NCBI GenBank assembly: GCA_023264445.1
Contig: JAHFMN010000002.1
Location: forward strand, 2,365 to 66,364
Length of the DNA stretch: 64,000 bases
Origin: Candidatus Kaiserbacteria bacterium
Lineage (GTDB): Bacteria; Patescibacteriota; Minisyncoccia; Phycocordibacterales; Phycocordibacteraceae
Direction: 5' to 3'
Each line of letters opens with the position of its first letter. Within the stretch, counting starts at the first letter, position 1. The notes under the pieces are model-generated. The model worked only from the letters and a program-made list of their open reading frames with translations. It ran no database searches and was not told the DNA's origin. The position numbers were made by a program, and so were the translations under genes. Shown piece by piece: positions 1 to 9,959 of the stretch.

Positions 1-169
1 GAAGCGCGTTGATGACCTGCGTAACGACGCGGCCAAGACCGACGCCGACGAGCCAGCCGACGATGAAGATGACGATTGCAACGACTAAATTAGGGATGAA
101 TGCCACCAGTCCGTAGAAAAGATTCTGGAAAGACTGGCTCAATACATCCGCCCAAGTGGTAAACACCAT
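1..169 (-). CDS. Partial CDS (N-terminal 56 aa; the gene continues beyond the window start). Hydrophobic N-terminus MVFTTWADVLSQSFQNLFYGLVAFIPNLVVAIVIFIVGWLVGVGL resembles a mechanosensitive-channel (MscS-family) or small membrane protein
   Basis: ATG at 169 on the minus strand; open frame to the window edge; a TM helix. No RBS was checked. Confidence 0.4.
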   Translation of the reverse strand, partial: MVFTTWADVLSQSFQNLFYGLVAFIPNLVVAIVIFIVGWLVGVGLGRVVTQVINAL

Positions 170-231
170 AATGAATAATGCTTTGTTTTATGCGGCTAAT
201 ATGCGAGCACCTGCCATAAATTGTAGCATTT

Positions 232-840
232 TTATAGCCCTATTTTGTCGATAAGAAGGCGGTGTGGATAATCAAAAACATCCCGTAACAAGCGATCATA
301 CACCCCGAATCGATAGCGGAAGTCGGCCGTCGAGAAAGATGCGTAGCGAATTTCGCGACCAAGCTCGGCTTCAAGGGCATGCACGACACTTGCAAGGGTG
401 CGTTCATCTAAATGGTCCCCCACGACAAGCAGATCAACCTGAGGTTCGAGGATGCCGGTGAAATGCCCGGAGAGCGCGACGAGTCGGAGCGTACCGGCAC
501 GCTTCAAGGCCGCGATGATATTGCGCGGTCGCACCGCAGTAGTTTCGCGGATGAAGGTATCGAGAGCGGCGAGGTGTTCAAAACTCGGATTGACCCGATA
601 CGTTGCCGCGGCGCGCGTTCCCTTCTTTCGGAGCAAACCCGCGGCGAGCAATTCGCTGACTTCGCGGCGTACTGCTTCCTTCCCAAGCTTCGTCCTGATA
701 GAAATCTCCGCGAGGGTAAGGGCTGATTCTTGGTTGAATACAAACAAACGGAGCATTTTCAGGCGAGCGGGTGATCCGAAGAGTCTTGAAAGCCGGTCCA
801 TGGATCCTGCCAGTGTAGACGCTTCTCCCGCCAAAAGCAA
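232..840 (-). CDS. Winged-helix (TrmB/MarR-like) DNA-binding protein, 202 aa
   Basis: N-terminal HTH segment LKMLRLFVFNQESALTLAEISIRTKLGKEAVRREVSELLAAGLL; full-length ORF. Confidence 0.6.
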   Translation of the reverse strand: MLLAGEASTLAGSMDRLSRLFGSPARLKMLRLFVFNQESALTLAEISIRTKLGKEAVRREVSELLAAGLLRKKGTRAAATYRVNPSFEHLAALDTFIRETTAVRPRNIIAALKRAGTLRLVALSGHFTGILEPQVDLLVVGDHLDERTLASVVHALEAELGREIRYASFSTADFRYRFGVYDRLLRDVFDYPHRLLIDKIGL

Positions 841-885
841 AACCGGCCTCCGCCAAGGGCGGAGGCCGGTTTTTGCGAGACTTTT

Positions 886-1308
886 TTACTTCAAGGTCAC
901 CTTCGCTCCAGCCGCTTCGAGTTTCTTTGCAAGCTCAGCAGCGTCTTCCTTCTTCATGCCTTGTTTCAGCATTGACGGGGCGCCGTCAACGAGATCCTTC
1001 GCCTCCTTAAGACCGAGAGCAAGTGCTTCCTTCACCGCCTTGATGACGGCAATCTTGCTCGCGCCCGCGTCCGTCAGTTCGACATCCGCAGTCGACTTCC
1101 CTTCTTCAGCCGGCGCACCGGCTGCTGCAGGACCTGCTACCGCGACGGCCGCAGCGCTCACACCAAACTTCTTTTCAAGCACCTTCACGAGCTCGGAAAG
1201 TTCGACGACCGTCATAGCCTCAACCTCCTCGACAAGCTTCTTGAATTTGCTCGGTACCTCGACCGGAGTCTCGGAACCTTCGACTGCTACTGTGTTGTTT
1301 TCATCCAT
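886..1308 (-). CDS. rplL: 50S ribosomal protein L7/L12
   Basis: 140 aa with an Ala-rich flexible hinge and a C-terminal [11 protein letters not shown]...GAKVTLK domain typical of bL12. Confidence 0.95.
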   Translation of the reverse strand: MDENNTVAVEGSETPVEVPSKFKKLVEEVEAMTVVELSELVKVLEKKFGVSAAAVAVAGPAAAGAPAEEGKSTADVELTDAGASKIAVIKAVKEALALGLKEAKDLVDGAPSMLKQGMKKEDAAELAKKLEAAGAKVTLK

Positions 1309-1310
1309 AA

Positions 1311-1802
1311 TTATTGCTTTTTCTTACTAATGTGATCCAGAGCGATGACCAATCCCTGTATCGGCGAATTGATGACATTGACGAACATACCTCGCAGGAC
1401 GGGCAGCGGCGGAATCGTCGCGATGCCAATCATCTGCTTTGCGTCGAGAAATGCTCCCTCAAATACGCCGCCAAGGAGCGCGAGCGCACCCTTTAGCTTC
1501 TTGCCGTATTCATGCACGCCGCGAGCGGGTGCTGTAATGTCGTCATTTGTCCACGCGATAGCAACTTCGCCAGGAAGCTCTGGGGCTTGACCTTCGTACC
1601 CGAGCTCCTTGAGCGCGAGGCGAAGCAGAGTCTTCTTCGCGACGTAGTATTTTACGCCAGCTTTCGAAAGCTCATTACGCATGCTTGATGCATCCTTCAC
1701 GGTAAGCTTATTGAAGCCAACAAACACGACCGAGGTCGCTTCTTTGAGCGCATCCGTGAGCTTCGCGAGTATCGCGCGCTTCTTATCTTTTGATATTGCC
1801 AT
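1311..1802 (-). CDS. rplJ: 50S ribosomal protein L10
   Basis: 163 aa matching uL10; immediately upstream of rplL. Confidence 0.95.
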   Translation of the reverse strand: MAISKDKKRAILAKLTDALKEATSVVFVGFNKLTVKDASSMRNELSKAGVKYYVAKKTLLRLALKELGYEGQAPELPGEVAIAWTNDDITAPARGVHEYGKKLKGALALLGGVFEGAFLDAKQMIGIATIPPLPVLRGMFVNVINSPIQGLVIALDHISKKKQ

Positions 1803-1903
1803 ATGCTATTTCATACGAACGAAATAAAGGAGAGTTCGACCGTTATGTGGTCTCCCTGCGCCGGACTTATAATCGCCAGCGGTCTTCGGTTCGTACAAGG
1901 CGC

Positions 1904-1932
1904 ACTCTACCAGTTGCAGAGTCTCATCGCAA
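1904..1932 (-). promoter_or_regulatory. Putative sigma70-type promoter for rplJ-rplL: -35 TTGCGA, 17 nt spacer, -10 TAGAGT. It sits about 100 nt upstream of the rplJ ATG, giving an L10-leader-sized 5' UTR
   Basis: Hexamers read on the minus strand; an A-rich tract lies upstream. Confidence 0.4.
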
Positions 1933-2065
1933 GTTTTTTGTCTAACGCATCGCGGCGGAAGCGACGTGGAGCGTGAGGAGGGCCGCCGCAACGATGGCGG
2001 CAAATCCGGAAGAGAATTTTACGAATTCAATGAAAAAAGGAAGAGCTTTCCGTTCAGTATCGCGA

Positions 2066-4321
2066 TTATTTTTTTGATTGTGCATAGGTAGTGATGGCGG
2101 CAAGAAAGTTCTGGTCGGTCGCAAGCATCGTAGGATCTTCAGTCCGCAGTTTCTCGACAATCCGCAATGCGGCGGCTGGATCGCCAGCAAGATACGTTAC
2201 CTTTGCGAGATCATAGAGTGCATCGTAGTCGGAAGGATTCTCCGCAACCAGATCCGCAAGAAAAGGAACGGCATGTTTCCAATCCCCTATCGCAATATAA
2301 TACTTCACTGCTGGGCCGGCCGCCGCCGGATCCGAATTTTTGTATAGAGGGAAGGCACTATCGGCCCATTCTTTCGCAGCGACTCTGTCGCCGAGCTTGA
2401 AATACAGTGTCGCAAGAACGTACCTCGGCACAGGGAGCATGGGTTCTTTCTGCACGTATGTCTTGAGTACGGCTATTGCTTCTTCAAAATACGTTCCCTG
2501 CAGCGCACTGCCGAGTGGAAGACGATCAGCTTGCCGCAGATAAATATTCGCCGTCATGTACCATGCCTGGGCTCGTAGTGGCGACAATTCTAGGGCCCGC
2601 GTCAATACCTTCCTATCGAAGGTGTCATCCACGACGACTTCCGGCGGCGCCGTATCGATAACGTGTCCGAGATAGGTCGCGGTTCGTGCATCATACGGAT
2701 ATCGTTCGAAATTCGTCGTCAGCGTAGAAAGCGCGAAGTCATAAGCGGCCACGCGGTTCGCTCCCGTAAGCTGTACCACTTGATGGGCCGTAAACATATC
2801 ATACGCCTGATAGCCGTATTCCAGATTGGCATACGTATGGAGCGCAAGTCCTTTCGTAAAGAGTGTGTTCGCTCCATTCACATCAATGAGGTGCAGACGA
2901 TACCCCTTCGTCAGCAGGATATTCGCGTACAGCGGCATCAGAACGGCCGGCACGATAAGAAATGCAATAAGTAAGGAGACAATTCCTGCCGTTATAGGCG
3001 GTGCACGCTTCTGCGAAAGCGGAACGGGAGAATCATCGGAGAGGAGGACGACGAGAAGTGCGAAGAGTGCATACAAGAGCCATAGTGATGACGGTGTATC
3101 GAAAACGAAGAAGTTCTGAATTGCGTACGTAAGAATGAGCAGGGAGAAGAGGAGACCGACGTTCATGAGACCGCGTTCCTCGCGCCGATATAATCTCAAA
3201 GCGAAGGCACCAAATGCGCCGATAAGTGCCATATAGAGTGCCAAGCCGAACACGCCATATTGCACGAAATAGTCGAGGAAGGCGTTGTGCGAACGATCAA
3301 ACCATTGCTCAACGATTTTACCCGGGTCATAGACCTTGTCGAAGAGTCGTGCAATATGTTCCGCTCCATAGCCAGAAAGAGGATGCTGCAATGCTTCTTG
3401 CGTCAGGTGCGACCAGACGAACAGACGGCTACTGACGGTTCCGTCGGAGAGCGAAATGGAGGCGATGCGTTTTACAGGCTCAAAGGAGCTCTGCGCAAGT
3501 TCGCTGCGGAAGACGAAAAAAAGACCACCAAGAATGGCCAGGATAAGGAGTCCATACCGTGCGATACGCTGTATCTTCTCCTCCCCTTTCCATGCAGCAA
3601 AAACGAGAGCAACGACTCCCGCACCAAGGAGGGCGAGTATCGTACCGCGCGTTGCAGCAAGGACGATTGCGAGTACCGAGAGAACGGCCGCCGTCGCATA
3701 GAGACGACGCCACAGACCCTGCGAATCCCGTAGCACAATCAAAATGATGAAGAAAGACATGCCGAGATACCCTGCAAGAAACGCCGCATTCCCAAACGTA
3801 CTGCCGATACGGCCGGTAACCGGCGGTAAGAACCATGCCCTTCCACCAACGGCCGCTGTTATCCACTGAAGAACGGCTATGGCCGCGACGAGACCCGCGA
3901 CGACAGCGACCGTCTTTGCGAATCGCTCCAGAAAAGCACGGTCGGCAGAAAGCACGATGAGATAGAAGAAAATGGTGACGACCGTGGAGGTCAAGAGCCC
4001 ATCGCCGCGTTCAAAAATACCCCAGAAACTATGATAGAAATCGAAACCGAAGAACGAAGTGACATACGCGACGAGGAGCAAAAGCGCAGGAATCCACGTT
4101 GCGGGGGTTTTCAAACGCCCATAGAAGAAAGGCTCCCCAATAAGCTTCAGATAGGTGAAAATCGCGAGTGCCAGGATCCCAAAGCCCTGAAGCAGGAACG
4201 TTTTCGGCGCGACATACGGGTAAAGTATCCCTCCGATATAGACGAGCGGCAAAACGGCGGGTGCAAGGAGCACATACGGGAATAAGTGTTTCAAGCGGTA
4301 TCTCATGACTGCTGTTCCCAA
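2066..4321 (-). CDS. O-antigen ligase (Wzy_C/RfaL-like) family polytopic membrane protein with a C-terminal TPR-repeat domain, 751 aa
   Basis: About 12 TM segments in the N-terminal 430 aa, then TPR-like repeats (LGDRVAAKEWADSAF, YDALYDLAKVTYLAGD). Confidence 0.7.
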   Translation of the reverse strand: MGTAVMRYRLKHLFPYVLLAPAVLPLVYIGGILYPYVAPKTFLLQGFGILALAIFTYLKLIGEPFFYGRLKTPATWIPALLLLVAYVTSFFGFDFYHSFWGIFERGDGLLTSTVVTIFFYLIVLSADRAFLERFAKTVAVVAGLVAAIAVLQWITAAVGGRAWFLPPVTGRIGSTFGNAAFLAGYLGMSFFIILIVLRDSQGLWRRLYATAAVLSVLAIVLAATRGTILALLGAGVVALVFAAWKGEEKIQRIARYGLLILAILGGLFFVFRSELAQSSFEPVKRIASISLSDGTVSSRLFVWSHLTQEALQHPLSGYGAEHIARLFDKVYDPGKIVEQWFDRSHNAFLDYFVQYGVFGLALYMALIGAFGAFALRLYRREERGLMNVGLLFSLLILTYAIQNFFVFDTPSSLWLLYALFALLVVLLSDDSPVPLSQKRAPPITAGIVSLLIAFLIVPAVLMPLYANILLTKGYRLHLIDVNGANTLFTKGLALHTYANLEYGYQAYDMFTAHQVVQLTGANRVAAYDFALSTLTTNFERYPYDARTATYLGHVIDTAPPEVVVDDTFDRKVLTRALELSPLRAQAWYMTANIYLRQADRLPLGSALQGTYFEEAIAVLKTYVQKEPMLPVPRYVLATLYFKLGDRVAAKEWADSAFPLYKNSDPAAAGPAVKYYIAIGDWKHAVPFLADLVAENPSDYDALYDLAKVTYLAGDPAAALRIVEKLRTEDPTMLATDQNFLAAITTYAQSKK

Positions 4322-5010
4322 TCCGAGCGGAGTATGAGCACTTCCGAGTCTTGCCCGAGATTCTTAAGTGCAATCGTGAATGCTTTTTCTATAGCGGTTT
4401 TTTCATTCGGCACGTTTCTCACGAGAAATGAGAGATACGCGTATTGATATTGTTTCAGGAACGGTTGTACCAATGATGCCTTCTCATACGCTATCTGTGC
4501 AGTACGGAGAGCACCGAGCTTCTCCATAAGAACGCCGAGGTTATACCAAGGAAGACCAGCCGTCTCTCCGCCAGCTTGTACTGCTTTATTGAGGAAGGTG
4601 AACTCCTGCTTCCCGTCTCCAAGCAAATCGTACTGATTGGCGATGCTCACATAGAGGTTCATGTCGGGACTCACCCCTTTCCCGATGAGATCCGATAGGC
4701 GCGTAATCTCCTGATGTGCTTTCGAGATGAGCTCCGAAGTATCCGAATAGGCTCCTTTGAAATCCCAGGACACAATCTGATCTCCGGACGCAAGCGTAAG
4801 CGGTTGAGGATGCTTGGTTTCGAGTACTGGATTCGAAATTTGTATCGAAGGGGTTTCCTGTGCAGAAGAAGTCGCGCTTGTAATTTCAAAATCAGTCCCA
4901 GAAGGAACGGCGGGAGGCGTAGCGGGTGTGTACGACAGAGAAAGATAGAGACCGGCAGCAACGAGCACGATTCCAAGAGCCCCGGTTATATACAAACCCG
5001 TCCTATTCAT
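4303..5010 (-). CDS. Membrane-anchored hypothetical protein of about 235 aa; start taken at MNRTGLYITG
   Basis: Internal ATG at 5010 is followed by a TM helix. The longer listed ORF has an improbable Arg/Cys-rich leader. Confidence 0.55.
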   Translation of the reverse strand: MNRTGLYITGALGIVLVAAGLYLSLSYTPATPPAVPSGTDFEITSATSSAQETPSIQISNPVLETKHPQPLTLASGDQIVSWDFKGAYSDTSELISKAHQEITRLSDLIGKGVSPDMNLYVSIANQYDLLGDGKQEFTFLNKAVQAGGETAGLPWYNLGVLMEKLGALRTAQIAYEKASLVQPFLKQYQYAYLSFLVRNVPNEKTAIEKAFTIALKNLGQDSEVLILRSDWEQQS

Positions 5011-5129
5011 ATGGCGAAAGCATACCATAAAACGCAAAACCACCCTCGAAAGGGTGGTTTTGCTTGCTCGGACCGATTCTCCGAGCCGGAATCTCAAGCG
5101 CTTATGCGCAAGAGATCATGAACCTAGGC

Positions 5130-8100
5130 TTAGATAGACGCTGAACGCGTTCCGATCGTAAGCGGAAGATTCTTCACGAGGTAATCGCTTGCCCAGTCGG
5201 ACGTAGCCGTGCTGTGCACCGTCGAGATCGACGACTTGTCAGTCCAAGTGAAGGATGGGGTTGTGCCCGCATCAGTTCCGACCTGAGCTGCTGTAGCAGT
5301 CGTAGAAGCCGTGGTCTGCGGATTTGCGATCGACACATCGAGGACGTTCTGTCCTGACGTTGTCACACCAGCAATCGTGCCACGGAGTTCATACGTGAGG
5401 CTTGTGCCAGCCGGAACCGTCTGCTCCGAAGTCGGAGTGAAGACGAGGTTCAGGTTGCTTGCGCCTGCTGCCGCAGTAACCGGGAAGGATTCAAGAGCTG
5501 CACCGATCGTCGCAGCCGTTGTGGTTGCGAAGCTACCGCCGATAGAGTTGGAGCCCTGCCACAACTTCACCGTAGAGGTTGCGCCGATGGTAATCGCCGC
5601 AGTCTTGTTGATGTTGAAGGCAAGCTTTGCCCAACCGATATCACCAGCCGCGTCTGCCGTTACCTTGAAGCGACCGAGTACCTGGTTAGAACCACCGGTA
5701 AGGGCCGTGCTGTCAAGAGCAACTGCAGAGATTGTCGGGGCTGATTTGCGAACATAGAGCGTGCCTTTACCAGTCGTGCCCGCACCGTTAAGGTCGGCGC
5801 CCGCGATGGTAGTGCTTGCCGTGCCCGCAGAGTCAGTCGCGCGGAAGCCTTCGTTCCAGTCAAGAACCGAGGAGATCGCAGAACCGGACGTAGCGCCGGA
5901 TTCGATCGTCGGAACGCTGACATAGACATCAAGCTTCTTCGTGGTGTTCTTCGGGACGAAGAACGAGAGGCCAGTGAAGGTCGCCGTTGCATAGACTTGC
6001 GACGTTGACGGGAGAGCAAGAACTGCTGTCGATTCCGTCTGCGTGCCACTTGCGTTCGGGTAGCTCAAGATGACCGAAGTGACCGACGTTGCGGCACCAT
6101 TCGGAATCTTGATATTGACCTTATCAACCGTGAACGATGAGTACTGCGATGTGAAGTCGAACGAGCCGACTTTCACGTGCGTAGAACCAGCGACCACGAT
6201 TGTGTCATCCGGCGATACTCCGACTGCACCCGAAAGGGCGGCAGTACCGAGCGTAATCGTCTGAAGCGTTGCGGTTGTAGCGGTTGCATCACCGAAGGTT
6301 ACGGCGCTACCGGTAGAGGCACCAGTACCCGAACCATCGACGTTTGCTGCCCACGGACCAGCCTCGCTGCCGGACTTCACAGTTCCGTAGATGTTGATGA
6401 CCTTCGTTCCGGAAGCCGGAATGTTGAGGTTCACCGAGAACGAGTTGCCAGAGCTGCCGGAGGCCGGAGTGACTTTCGTTGTTCCGATCTGGGCACCCGT
6501 CGCATCGTCCTTCAGCATGAGGTCGGTCACAGACGCGGACTCATTTGCCGAAAGCGTAACGGAGATTGTGTTGACATTCACTCCTTCCGAAGCGCCGGCC
6601 GAGAGCGTAAACGCACCAAGGCGGGCATTTTGCGTACCTGCGATGATGGTCTGGTTGCCGTAGCCGGAGTACTTCGTCAGTGTGACCGCCGAGGACGAGA
6701 TCGTGATGGAATTACCCGTCACATTCGAACCCGGTACGTCGACAGTCGAGAGTGAGTTCTGTCCTTGGCCGTTCGCAGCTCCCGAAGTGTACGAGAGCTG
6801 TATCTGGGCCGAGTCACCATCGGCGTAGGAAGCGCCGGTCGTCGTCTTGGCATCTGCATAGATGTCAACGATGGCCGTCTGTCCTGCCTTCAGGATGAAG
6901 GATGAGCCGAAGGTGAAGTTCACGTTCGTAGCATCAGTGAGGTCCTTGGTAGAACCGACCTGGACACCGTTAAGGAAGACCTTACCGTTGTCGAGGCCGT
7001 GGTCAAGCGTCGTGAGCGCCTGGACGTCGAGGTTGTCAATTTTGACATCTTCGCCGGCCGCACGCATCTCGAAGGTTGCCCACTTCACGTTCGATGCACT
7101 GACTGCAACGTTCGAAGACGGAGAGCTTGCAGCCTTTGTGACCGAGACGGTTCCCGAAGAAATCGTCGCAGAGGTCGCTGCGCGAGCGGAGAACGTACCA
7201 GTCGAGCTGGAGCCGTTACCGGTTGCGAGGACTGGCTGATTAAGATCCGTATCGATCATCTGCGCGTCAGAAGCGCGTCGAAGCGAGAACTGGAACGTGT
7301 TGCCCGAACCGTTGACGATATCGCCAACGACCTTGACCACACGACCGCCCGTCTCAAGACGGACCGGTGCTGCAGAGAGGTCCCACGTTATCGTGCTGTC
7401 CTTTGCATCAAGCCCTGCGAGCGACGTTCCCACCTGTACACCGTCTACATAGAGGCGGTAGTTGATGATGTCCGTCGCGTCGATGGAACCGATGTTGCGG
7501 AGCTGGAACGACTTCATCGTTACCGCGCGCGTGCCGATCGTTACTGTGTTCTGCCAGACCGTATAGTCGTTCTGGGGAATCACAGACGAAGCGGACGGAA
7601 GCACGGATGTAGCGTACGCAACCGTTGCGAGTGTCGCAGCGGAGACCGTCTGGGTTGCTCCAGTGATTGGAAGCGCTACAGACGAATCAAGCGTACCGCT
7701 CGATGAGACCGACACAAGCTGCACGCCGATCTGCTGACCGGACGTGGAACCCGCGATATCGGCAAGGATGGAGATCGTGTAGGTCTGGCCTGCCGGAACC
7801 GTGAAGAGTCCCGTTGTGTCGTTGAAGTTGAACGCCGAGCTGCTCACGCCTGCCGAATCAGTGAGGCGCTTTGCCCCATTGTAAAGGTAGACGTTCGAGA
7901 TCGTCGAGTCGTTGCTGACGCCAATGCGCTTGAAACCAAGGCTTGTGACCTTGATGTCAGAACCGGTCGGGTTCGCGAAGGTGAACTTCGCAAGACCGCC
8001 GATCGCCTGGCCCTGCACGAGCGAGACATTGTTCGGAGAGTCAGAAGCGAGCATGACCTTAAGGCCGTTGCCCGTGCCTGCGCTCACCGGAGGTACTGTA

Positions 8101-8576
8101 GTACCGCCTGTCGTCGTACCACCGAATGCAGCGCGCGACTTAGGACCGAAGTAGCCGGCAGCAGGAGAAACACCTGCTGACGTCTGCCATGCGACTACAC
8201 CAGCCTTCGTGAGGGCACCGAAGTAGCCCGTCGCGTTTGCTGACATGTAACCGCCTGCTTTCAACGCATTCTGAAGGCAGGTGACATCTGCGCCCGTCGA
8301 GCCGACCGTAAGGTCTCTCGAGAACGAGCAGCTAGATGAAACCGAGCCGCCGCCAGTCGATACCGGAGTACCGCCTGTAAGCGATGCCTGTACGTTTGCG
8401 ATCGTCGATGCATCAGCACCGAACGAAGTAAGAAGCGAGAGAATCGACTGGACCTGTGCGTCGGTCAACGACGCCGCATGCGCCATAGGCGCAAGCGAGA
8501 GCATCGAAGTTGCCATCGCGAGTCCGGTCGCCACTGCTGCGACCTTCGCGATCGCTTTTGTAGTTACCGTTTGCAT
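5130..8576 (-). CDS. Very large secreted surface protein of about 1148 aa. It has a signal peptide, a peptidoglycan-binding (PG_binding_1-like) domain and many Thr/Ser/Gly-rich beta-sandwich (Ig-like) repeats
   Basis: Signal peptide AIAKVAAVATGLAMATSMLSLAPMAHA-AS; motif TCLQNALKAGGY...GYFGALTKAGVVAWQ; recurring domains of about 100 aa. Confidence 0.8.
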   Translation of the reverse strand: MQTVTTKAIAKVAAVATGLAMATSMLSLAPMAHAASLTDAQVQSILSLLTSFGADASTIANVQASLTGGTPVSTGGGSVSSSCSFSRDLTVGSTGADVTCLQNALKAGGYMSANATGYFGALTKAGVVAWQTSAGVSPAAGYFGPKSRAAFGGTTTGGTTVPPVSAGTGNGLKVMLASDSPNNVSLVQGQAIGGLAKFTFANPTGSDIKVTSLGFKRIGVSNDSTISNVYLYNGAKRLTDSAGVSSSAFNFNDTTGLFTVPAGQTYTISILADIAGSTSGQQIGVQLVSVSSSGTLDSSVALPITGATQTVSAATLATVAYATSVLPSASSVIPQNDYTVWQNTVTIGTRAVTMKSFQLRNIGSIDATDIINYRLYVDGVQVGTSLAGLDAKDSTITWDLSAAPVRLETGGRVVKVVGDIVNGSGNTFQFSLRRASDAQMIDTDLNQPVLATGNGSSSTGTFSARAATSATISSGTVSVTKAASSPSSNVAVSASNVKWATFEMRAAGEDVKIDNLDVQALTTLDHGLDNGKVFLNGVQVGSTKDLTDATNVNFTFGSSFILKAGQTAIVDIYADAKTTTGASYADGDSAQIQLSYTSGAANGQGQNSLSTVDVPGSNVTGNSITISSSAVTLTKYSGYGNQTIIAGTQNARLGAFTLSAGASEGVNVNTISVTLSANESASVTDLMLKDDATGAQIGTTKVTPASGSSGNSFSVNLNIPASGTKVINIYGTVKSGSEAGPWAANVDGSGTGASTGSAVTFGDATATTATLQTITLGTAALSGAVGVSPDDTIVVAGSTHVKVGSFDFTSQYSSFTVDKVNIKIPNGAATSVTSVILSYPNASGTQTESTAVLALPSTSQVYATATFTGLSFFVPKNTTKKLDVYVSVPTIESGATSGSAISSVLDWNEGFRATDSAGTASTTIAGADLNGAGTTGKGTLYVRKSAPTISAVALDSTALTGGSNQVLGRFKVTADAAGDIGWAKLAFNINKTAAITIGATSTVKLWQGSNSIGGSFATTTAATIGAALESFPVTAAAGASNLNLVFTPTSEQTVPAGTSLTYELRGTIAGVTTSGQNVLDVSIANPQTTASTTATAAQVGTDAGTTPSFTWTDKSSISTVHSTATSDWASDYLVKNLPLTIGTRSASI

Positions 8577-8974
8577 AACAATTGTTAATGATTTTAGACG
8601 CACGTGATAATCAATGTTGGTTTCGCACGAGTTTAGAGAACCTGACGCACGTTCACTTTTACACTACCCCACAGCGCACGGCATCGACCAGTACGCCATG
8701 GGTTAGTTGGCAAGGGTTGATGTCTCGTTGTGACGAGACTATTTAGTTATCAAAGTACGCCCAAGGGGAACAAAAGCGTCCCCGCAAGGACTAGGATTAG
8801 TATATAGCGGGTGAGCCTGTTCCTAGGGGCTCCATGTGGATAACGATAGAAAGTAAGAAACGGAAAAAAGACCGGAAAACGGCCTCTTTTTTCGCCCTTA
8901 TGTCCTAGTCGCCATCACGGGGAGTATAGTAGCAAATACGAGGTCCCAAGTCAAAATATTACAAAATCTGCGTA

Positions 8975-9820
8975 TCAGGCGATAGAATAAGTGCTCCAAC
9001 GACGCTCTCCTTTTTTCAGCACTTTCCCTGTGTTAATGAGAACCATAAGTTCGCGCTGGATAGTTTTTTCTGAGACACCGCGCACCAGTGTAGAAATGTC
9101 CTTTATGCTCGCTATACCTTTAGTCCCTATAACGGACAATATTGCCTGTTGTCTGTCCTTTACTCGTCCTTCAGGTGTCGGCTCTATGTCCTTTAAATGA
9201 CCTTTATAAACAGTCTTGATTTGGCGGTCTTGTTGTCGCCTCGGCGTGTGACTCGACTCCTCTCTCATCGTTTGCGAAAGCGTATTCTTTGCGATAACAG
9301 AGAGCGTCGGTGTCTCATCAAGAGAGAGCCTTGGTTCTTCATAGGAGGCGATTTCTTGCAGGAGCGCATGCGTCTCTCGGGTAATCAGCTCGGCATTCAT
9401 CGAAGAAAGCAAGTGACTCGTGCGCGCCAAAGAAAGGAAGCTCGAAAGGGCTAGGAGTTCATGGGAAAGCACGGCGCGAGCAGCACCGGGTGGAAGCATC
9501 GCCGCATCTATAAGTCCGATAGCAATGGCGTCAATACGATTCTTCAAGGACACTGAGCTCTCGAACGCCGGTGTAATAAGGTGAACTGCTTTTGCGAGTC
9601 GTTCAGCTTTCTTATATATAAAGACTCTACGTATGTCCTTTTCAAATATGTTATTAAATATATTCTTTTCTAGGACAATATCATCTATTTGCCCATGTCT
9701 TACACTTGTTTGTATTTTACGTATTTCAGTGCTTTGACCTTTATATGATTGTCCTTGTCTCATACTGTATCGGACAGTATACCCCGAGAGGTGTTCCCTG
9801 CAAGCCCAAACGAGCACCAA
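8975..9820 (-). CDS. Hypothetical protein with a C-terminal winged-helix HTH domain (DeoR/MarR-like); the start is uncertain
   Basis: C-terminus QQAILSVIGTKGIASIKDISTLVRGVSEKTIQRELMVLINTGKVLKKG. The 5' 250 nt is markedly AT-rich, so the true start may be internal. Confidence 0.5.
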   Translation of the reverse strand: MVLVWACREHLSGYTVRYSMRQGQSYKGQSTEIRKIQTSVRHGQIDDIVLEKNIFNNIFEKDIRRVFIYKKAERLAKAVHLITPAFESSVSLKNRIDAIAIGLIDAAMLPPGAARAVLSHELLALSSFLSLARTSHLLSSMNAELITRETHALLQEIASYEEPRLSLDETPTLSVIAKNTLSQTMREESSHTPRRQQDRQIKTVYKGHLKDIEPTPEGRVKDRQQAILSVIGTKGIASIKDISTLVRGVSEKTIQRELMVLINTGKVLKKGERRWSTYSIA

Positions 9821-9959
9821 AAGAAGACTCTGCAGCTAGTTTTGATGCATAGGAAACTTGGGAAATGAACAGTGGTCGTGAAATATCCTTCCGTAGAGAC
9901 CCGTACATGCCCTCTCCACCCTAGTTTTGCTAAGCTCTCGTATTAAGCGGTGATATACT

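Noticed and set aside
452-1330. 292-aa plus-strand ORF that is Ala/Ser-rich
   Set aside because: It is antisense to rplL and to the winged-helix gene. Its composition is typical of an out-of-frame reading of GC-rich coding DNA.
6999-7706. 235-aa plus-strand Arg/Cys-rich ORF, and similar plus-strand ORFs at 6177-6755 and 5311-5757
   Set aside because: They lie entirely antisense within the giant surface-protein gene and have a low-complexity Arg-rich composition.
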